Assembly: GCA_052426225.1 (NCBI GenBank)
Contig: JBNJNM010000008.1
Coordinates: 496,001 to 560,000 of the forward strand
Source of the DNA: Zancudomyces culisetae HAW-14-8
Taxonomy: Eukaryota; Fungi; Kickxellomycota
DNA length: 64,000 nucleotides
Direction: 5' to 3'
The notes beneath the pieces are model-generated. The model was not told the DNA's origin. It saw nothing but the letters and a program-made list of their open reading frames with translations, and did no database searches. Within the stretch, counting starts at the first letter, position 1. Every line of letters starts with the position of its first letter. This document shows, in pieces, positions 58,903 to 64,000 of the stretch. The position numbers and the translations under genes were made by a program.

Positions 58903-61744
58903 TTTTATTTCGGTTTGATCTAGCTAGTCGCGCAGATATTGAAAGATAGTACAAGCTATTAGAGTGACACTATCTTTTCCTCTGTAAAATGTGTGTTAGG
59001 CTCCTTATTTTCCAGTAAGTGTGGGGATATATATAGAATATCGTAAATCCGTAGTATTGTGGTAACAACCTTTGTCAGAGAGCAACTAACATGAAACAAT
59101 TCAAGTTAAAGCAATCTACATATTCTTTTTTTCTTTTTCATGTTTTTCTTTTTACTTTTTGAAAAAGTTTTTTTTTTTTTTCATAAATTGATTGCCTAAT
59201 TCGGAGATTTTTCACCACGAAATATTACTATCTGGATGGAAACTGTCCCCAATCCATTTATTTTTAAAACTTGGTTTATGGTTTAATTACAAATTCAGCT
59301 GGGCACAGAGATAGATGACTCTATAAAAGATAATGAGACAAAATGAGAAATTAACTGTACAAGAAATGTCCAACTAAAGATGACTGAGTGTTTTTGCTAA
59401 ATAGAACCAGAATCCAGATCACCAACTCAACCTTTGTTATTCTAGGGTCTTGAACCCAAATAATGTTGAAATTTAGATTTTCTGATTTGATTGATGCAAT
59501 TGGGTTATCCTATTTGTTACAATTTTGATATCCAATGAGCAGAGTGATATCAAAACAAAACCATCCCAATGGGATAATTGCGTTTATTTAACAACAAATT
59601 ATGTGCTGTTTTTGTTTGTAAGTTGAAAAAAGTGGTTAGATGCAAATGATGAAAGTGAGGAGTTTTTAATTGTGTGTTTAACTGCGCAGTAAAGTTCACT
59701 CTAATAAATAGCCAAAGTATCAAGAGCTGAGCCAGTATTTATGTAACTATGTAGTTGCATACTCGTTGACGCATTCCAGCACTTTGCTTAACACCTCCTT
59801 TGAATGATTAAGCCTGATTCTTTTACAGAATATTTGATCGGCTTCCTGGCTAATCTTGTGTTTTCATCAAAAAAATGAAAATGAAAAAAAAATTTTAAAA
59901 AAGGCTCCTATATATACTTTTTAGAAATTTCGAGGATTTATAAGATTTTGAGGATTTTGGAATAATTTTTTGAAAAAAGGGTGATGCTTGAAACCTGTTA
60001 AAAAGATTTCTGTTTACTGTGTAAATGGGTCCTAAAGAAAAAAAGCCTAAATGCCTTTTATACCAGACGGAGGGGGTGATTGGTTAAATATTATGTAGAA
60101 TTATTATTTTTCATTTTATTTAATAAATCCATTGAAGCGAAAAAAAAAAGTTTTTTATACTGGCCTCATTTCCAATGTACATGGTTTTTTTACACATACG
60201 AGTACTATCTTGTTTGTACCATGGGATGTGGCATAAAACGCTTTTACATGTTATTGAAAGAACATTCCGCTTCTCCAGGACATGAACTTATAAACATCTG
60301 CTTATTCCCTACTTTTTACTGACTCCTACTTGTTTCCTAGGCAAGTAAACTTGCTACCACTCTCAACAGAACATTTGGCACTCACTCGTATGATTTTTGT
60401 TAAAATGTCAAACACATGGTGCATCACTTGACACTAAATTCGAATATTTTGTGCATGTTAGGGGAGGAGAGAGCCTATGATGTGTAATAGATACTTATCA
60501 TGTGAATGCAAAATAAAGTGGCGAAAAGAGTTTGATAATTCTACAACACAATTTATGACCCAAGTATTCCAAAAAAATGATACCACTTTACTTTTCAGCT
60601 ATTCAGCTTTTCTCGCTCTGTGGATTTACGTGTGTATGTTTCCCATGCTTCTTATCCAGATATTGGAGGATTTCTGTACATTCGGAATACTTCTCTGCTA
60701 AACGAAATGTATGAAAGTGCCGAGAAAATAGTGTATTTTCATAACATTAAATGCAATTTTCACTATTTCTTCATAACCTGATAATTTTTAAGCAATTTCA
60801 AAGTAAAAGCGCTTTATCAAATACACCTTGGGAAATTGAGATAAGAAATTAAATACGCATTTCTAGTCAGCGAGGTATGTTATCTACACTGTCCTAGTTA
60901 TTAAAGAATGCAAATAAAAAACATAAAAAAAATAAATCCAGCACAAGTAACACTTAATTGCGATCAAACTTGGATGGCCATAGTAAAGTGGTGTATTACT
61001 TTTTTCATGAAACTAGAGGCCGAAAATGTACTCCTTTTTGTGATACCAGATCTACTCAACTGAATTCTGCTAAAATCAAACAGTTATGTATTCGCACAGA
61101 AAGCAACTCGCCACTAGATCCAAGTACATGTTAATACCACCAAAAAAACCACTAGAATAATTAACATCTGCTCTATTACATCGAAATAAACGCTGGGAAT
61201 AATCAGTAAACCGGAACCATATTCTGAAATATCAACCCATAGTTTTATGATTGCTTTATTAGACTTTCTTGAAAAGCCTTGTGGTAAACTGGAAGCTATC
61301 TAGGACTCTCGCTAAAAGGAAAGACTGAAAAAACCAAATTAACACTGGAAAAATATATAAACCCATGTACAAATCCTATCTAACTAACACAACTCATTAT
61401 TTGGTGTGGGTATATTTTATTTAAAAAATACAGTCAACGCCGGGATAACCTTCGTTTGTGTTGTTATTATATACTTGATACTCTTTTGATAATTCTCAGA
61501 GGTATCAATTTTGGTTGCATGAGTTGCTTATTTTAGCAAAGCTTTAGTATATTCCATTCCAATAATCTATATTATCCAGCTAACCGAAGTATTCAAACTA
61601 AATAATACAAGACTCAATACAACAAGTACATGGCGTATTTATTGCCTAAAAGACAGAACTAGAGCAGTGTTACAGGAATTCTCGTTGCAAAAAAAAACAA
61701 AAAAACAAGAATAATAACAATAAAAATAAGATCAACCATCAAAT

Positions 61745-62410
61745 ATGACTCGTGTAAGAGGAAATGTGCATGGAAATCAAAACTACCTGGCTTTTGATGG
61801 CTCAAGAAAACTCCTTTCGCACAACTACTTTAGAATATCCCGTGAGATTCTATCGCCGGTAAAACCAAGAGATAAGAGACGGCTGGTGAACTATGTACTT
61901 TTTGATCAGGATGGAAACAAAGTTGGTTGCATCAGAGATAAAAGGTCAATAACCTTTTTTTATTACACCAGGGGATACGACACTGCAATGTTGCACCACG
62001 TAGAGGATCAGAGCGGAAACCCTTTATTTAGAATTGCAAACTTTAACATGAACGGCGATGAAAGACTGGAAGTCACTTGCCTGGATAACAAAAATTTGAT
62101 CGGCACGCTTGGACACCACTTTGGATTCACAAAAGCACCCATAAGGTTGAGTTTGTCGAACAATAGTTACTGTGTAGTTAAAAATAAATCTAACAAAAAG
62201 GATGAGTTTACAGTCATTGATTCTCAGGGTAAACCCCTTGCGGTGCTGAAAAAGGTTGAAGAACCGAATAATGTGGAAATCCACTTTATTTGTGCAAGTC
62301 CTGCTGAAAGAGAAAACACCAGAGAGAATGTCGACAAAGAGATATCCTTATTTCACCAGCGCGCTTTGATCTTAGCGTCTGCATTCTTCAAAGAAACCAA
62401 CTTGTTTTAA
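61745..62410 (+). CDS. LURP-one/scramblase (tubby C-terminal-like) beta-barrel protein
   Basis: Repeated beta-hairpin units (LFDQDGNKVG, VEDQSGNPLF, FTVIDSQGKPLAVL) and a C-terminal hydrophobic helix QRALILASAFF. Confidence 0.7.
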   Translation: MTRVRGNVHGNQNYLAFDGSRKLLSHNYFRISREILSPVKPRDKRRLVNYVLFDQDGNKVGCIRDKRSITFFYYTRGYDTAMLHHVEDQSGNPLFRIANFNMNGDERLEVTCLDNKNLIGTLGHHFGFTKAPIRLSLSNNSYCVVKNKSNKKDEFTVIDSQGKPLAVLKKVEEPNNVEIHFICASPAERENTRENVDKEISLFHQRALILASAFFKETNLF

Positions 62411-63283
62411 GAATTTTCTGTACTATTAACGTTGGGGTTTCGGTATTTAGACCGAGAATCTCTGTCCGAAGCTGATCTAACCCAAAAATACTATATTTTT
62501 TACTATAAGAAACAAGAATTAGTTCCTTGTATCATCAATTTTCAATTATCTTTTAATACTAACCTTTAATACTAACCAAGTTTACACAATTTAAGGCTCA
62601 ATAAAACTTAAGAACAATAGAAAACCTGTTTGGGTGACGCTATAGCCATCTAGTTCGATATTTATCAAGGCGTGCAATATTTTAAACGCAACAAGATGCT
62701 GATAGACAGTTTCAACAATATCAATGCTTAGTATGCCATGCTTTGCATATGCACAATCCACACTAAGAAGAGTAGTAGTTAAAATGTGCGGAAGGTGTAT
62801 TTAAGACGATTTGGTTTATAATACACAATCAATCTAGCTTATTTGCTTTATTGAAGAATATAATCCATTTCCGTTGTAAAAAGCTGTCACTTTTATGTAT
62901 TTGAATTGAAAAAACTGTCTTGTAATAAACACTTTTACATTAATTGTTCAAACTCTTTTCTGAAGATGGGGAGGGGAATCGTGTTGAACTTTTTGGGGAG
63001 AAAAAAAAACAACTAAAGTATAGATATTGTTGTATATTCTACAATATATGTGTGTTTGTTGGATTATCCGATTGGGATCATAACTGTTTATTCATCATGA
63101 ATTGAAAAACCAAAAACCAAAACCAGTAATAAATAAAAAAAATAGCGAGATGCCTTATTGTTGTTGCAATCAACATATACACACTCTTTAAAATATAAAC
63201 AATTACTATAAAAAATAAGATATTTTATCTCTCTTTTTTCTTTTTCCTTTTTTATATTTTTTATATATAAATATATTCCCATT

Positions 63284-64000
63284 CTACCATCTCAAATATC
63301 GTTGAAGCAATTGATGAAAATCAAAATCCAACTCTAAACACATTACAATCTTATTGTAGATTTCTCGCATCCCGATATTACGTTGTGGGAAATCCCGTTC
63401 AAAGTCCATTTCCAAATCATAAACAGATGTACGCGTTTCCTCAAAAGTATATGCCTCCAGAATGTTTTCAGATGTGTCTCCATGAGCATCTTCAGTATCA
63501 GTAACTGTTGCTATTGATGAAATCGATGCTATGCTGTCTTTACGTTTCAACAGCTGAATGAACGATGCATGGTGTCGCAGTAGTTGGTAGTTAACTTTGC
63601 TTCTGAGTTGTGGGGTGATTGGTCTTTCATAATCACTCTCTTGGTACTCCTCTTCGTGATATCCACTGCCCTGATACTCCTCTTGTTGGTGCTCCTCACC
63701 ATTTTCATCATGGTGGTGATAGCGGTTATAGTAACCATCAAAATCTATAACACCACTTGTACATGGTTCAAATCCCAAACCATTAATCAGCTCATTCATA
63801 AGGTGTTCCACCTCTTCATCTTGTTGAACTTGTGGCTCTTCATAATTACTTTGGTAATCTTGATCATTATTAATAACATTACCATACTCACTACCATACT
63901 CGCTGTCGTACTCGCTGCCATAATTACCGTAAAAGTTACTGTCGTATTCAGTATCCTCATCACTGTCGTAATTACTGCCACCACCATCACTATTGTTACT
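63284..64000 (-). CDS. 3' part of an acidic low-complexity hypothetical protein; 5' end lies outside the window
   Basis: Frame open from 64000 (SNNSDGGGSNYDSDEDTEYDS...) through the track ORF to TAG at 63284; GSEY/DSEY micro-repeats. Confidence 0.7.
   Translation of the reverse strand, partial: SNNSDGGGSNYDSDEDTEYDSNFYGNYGSEYDSEYGSEYGNVINNDQDYQSNYEEPQVQQDEEVEHLMNELINGLGFEPCTSGVIDFDGYYNRYHHHDENGEEHQQEEYQGSGYHEEEYQESDYERPITPQLRSKVNYQLLRHHASFIQLLKRKDSIASISSIATVTDTEDAHGDTSENILEAYTFEETRTSVYDLEMDFERDFPQRNIGMREIYNKIVMCLELDFDFHQLLQRYLRW

Noticed and set aside
60045-60070. GCCTTTTA resembling U5 snRNA loop I
   Set aside because: Next base does not match GCCTTTTAC, and there is no flanking stem or Sm site
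1-64000. tRNA/rRNA genes, CRISPR arrays, transposons, U12-type introns, biosynthetic gene clusters
   Set aside because: I saw no cloverleaf or T-loop signature, repeat-spacer array, transposase/RT motif, ATATCC/GTATCC donor or PKS/NRPS core by eye; tRNAscan-SE, Infernal and RepeatModeler would be needed to exclude them formally

Overview
Gene-dense, AT-rich eukaryotic nuclear DNA with spliceosomal GT-AG introns and no operons, CRISPR arrays, tRNA/rRNA or recognisable transposons. The gene set is fungal (GHMP-type ERG8, VMA22, WSS1, LRG1-type LIM-RhoGAP, fungal COX7). Together with a UVSSA-like gene, this suggests an early-diverging fungus, possibly Zoopagomycota/Harpellales; that placement is inference and unverified. 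I reconstructed 25 protein-coding genes by hand, many multi-exon and only partly shown in the ORF track: ATG3, UGGT, SHY1/SURF1, METAP1D-like, VMA22, a G-patch protein, COX7, ERG8, a LEA_2-like membrane protein, TRM7, an ALDH, a possible Nse5-like protein, two tandem alpha/beta hydrolases, a LIM-RhoGAP, SHMT, UVSSA-like, WSS1, ALG10, TCP11/SOK1-like, a REDIC1/HEIP1-like gene, UTP14, an MCH-type MFS transporter, a LURP/scramblase-like protein and one partial gene. The most interesting observations are: (1) a hidden 3-exon gene starting MNWCGG, resembling the REDIC1/HEIP1 meiotic-crossover motif, whose CDS overlaps UTP14 antisense; (2) a UVSSA-like protein that appears to lack its zinc finger and has an overlapping uORF; (3) a recurring GCGAAT motif about 110-230 nt upstream of 9 of 24 start codons; (4) G/C and purine skew that flips in the middle of long genes; (5) splice acceptors that are almost all TAG, often after A-rich sequence. 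I found no convincing novel multi-gene system.
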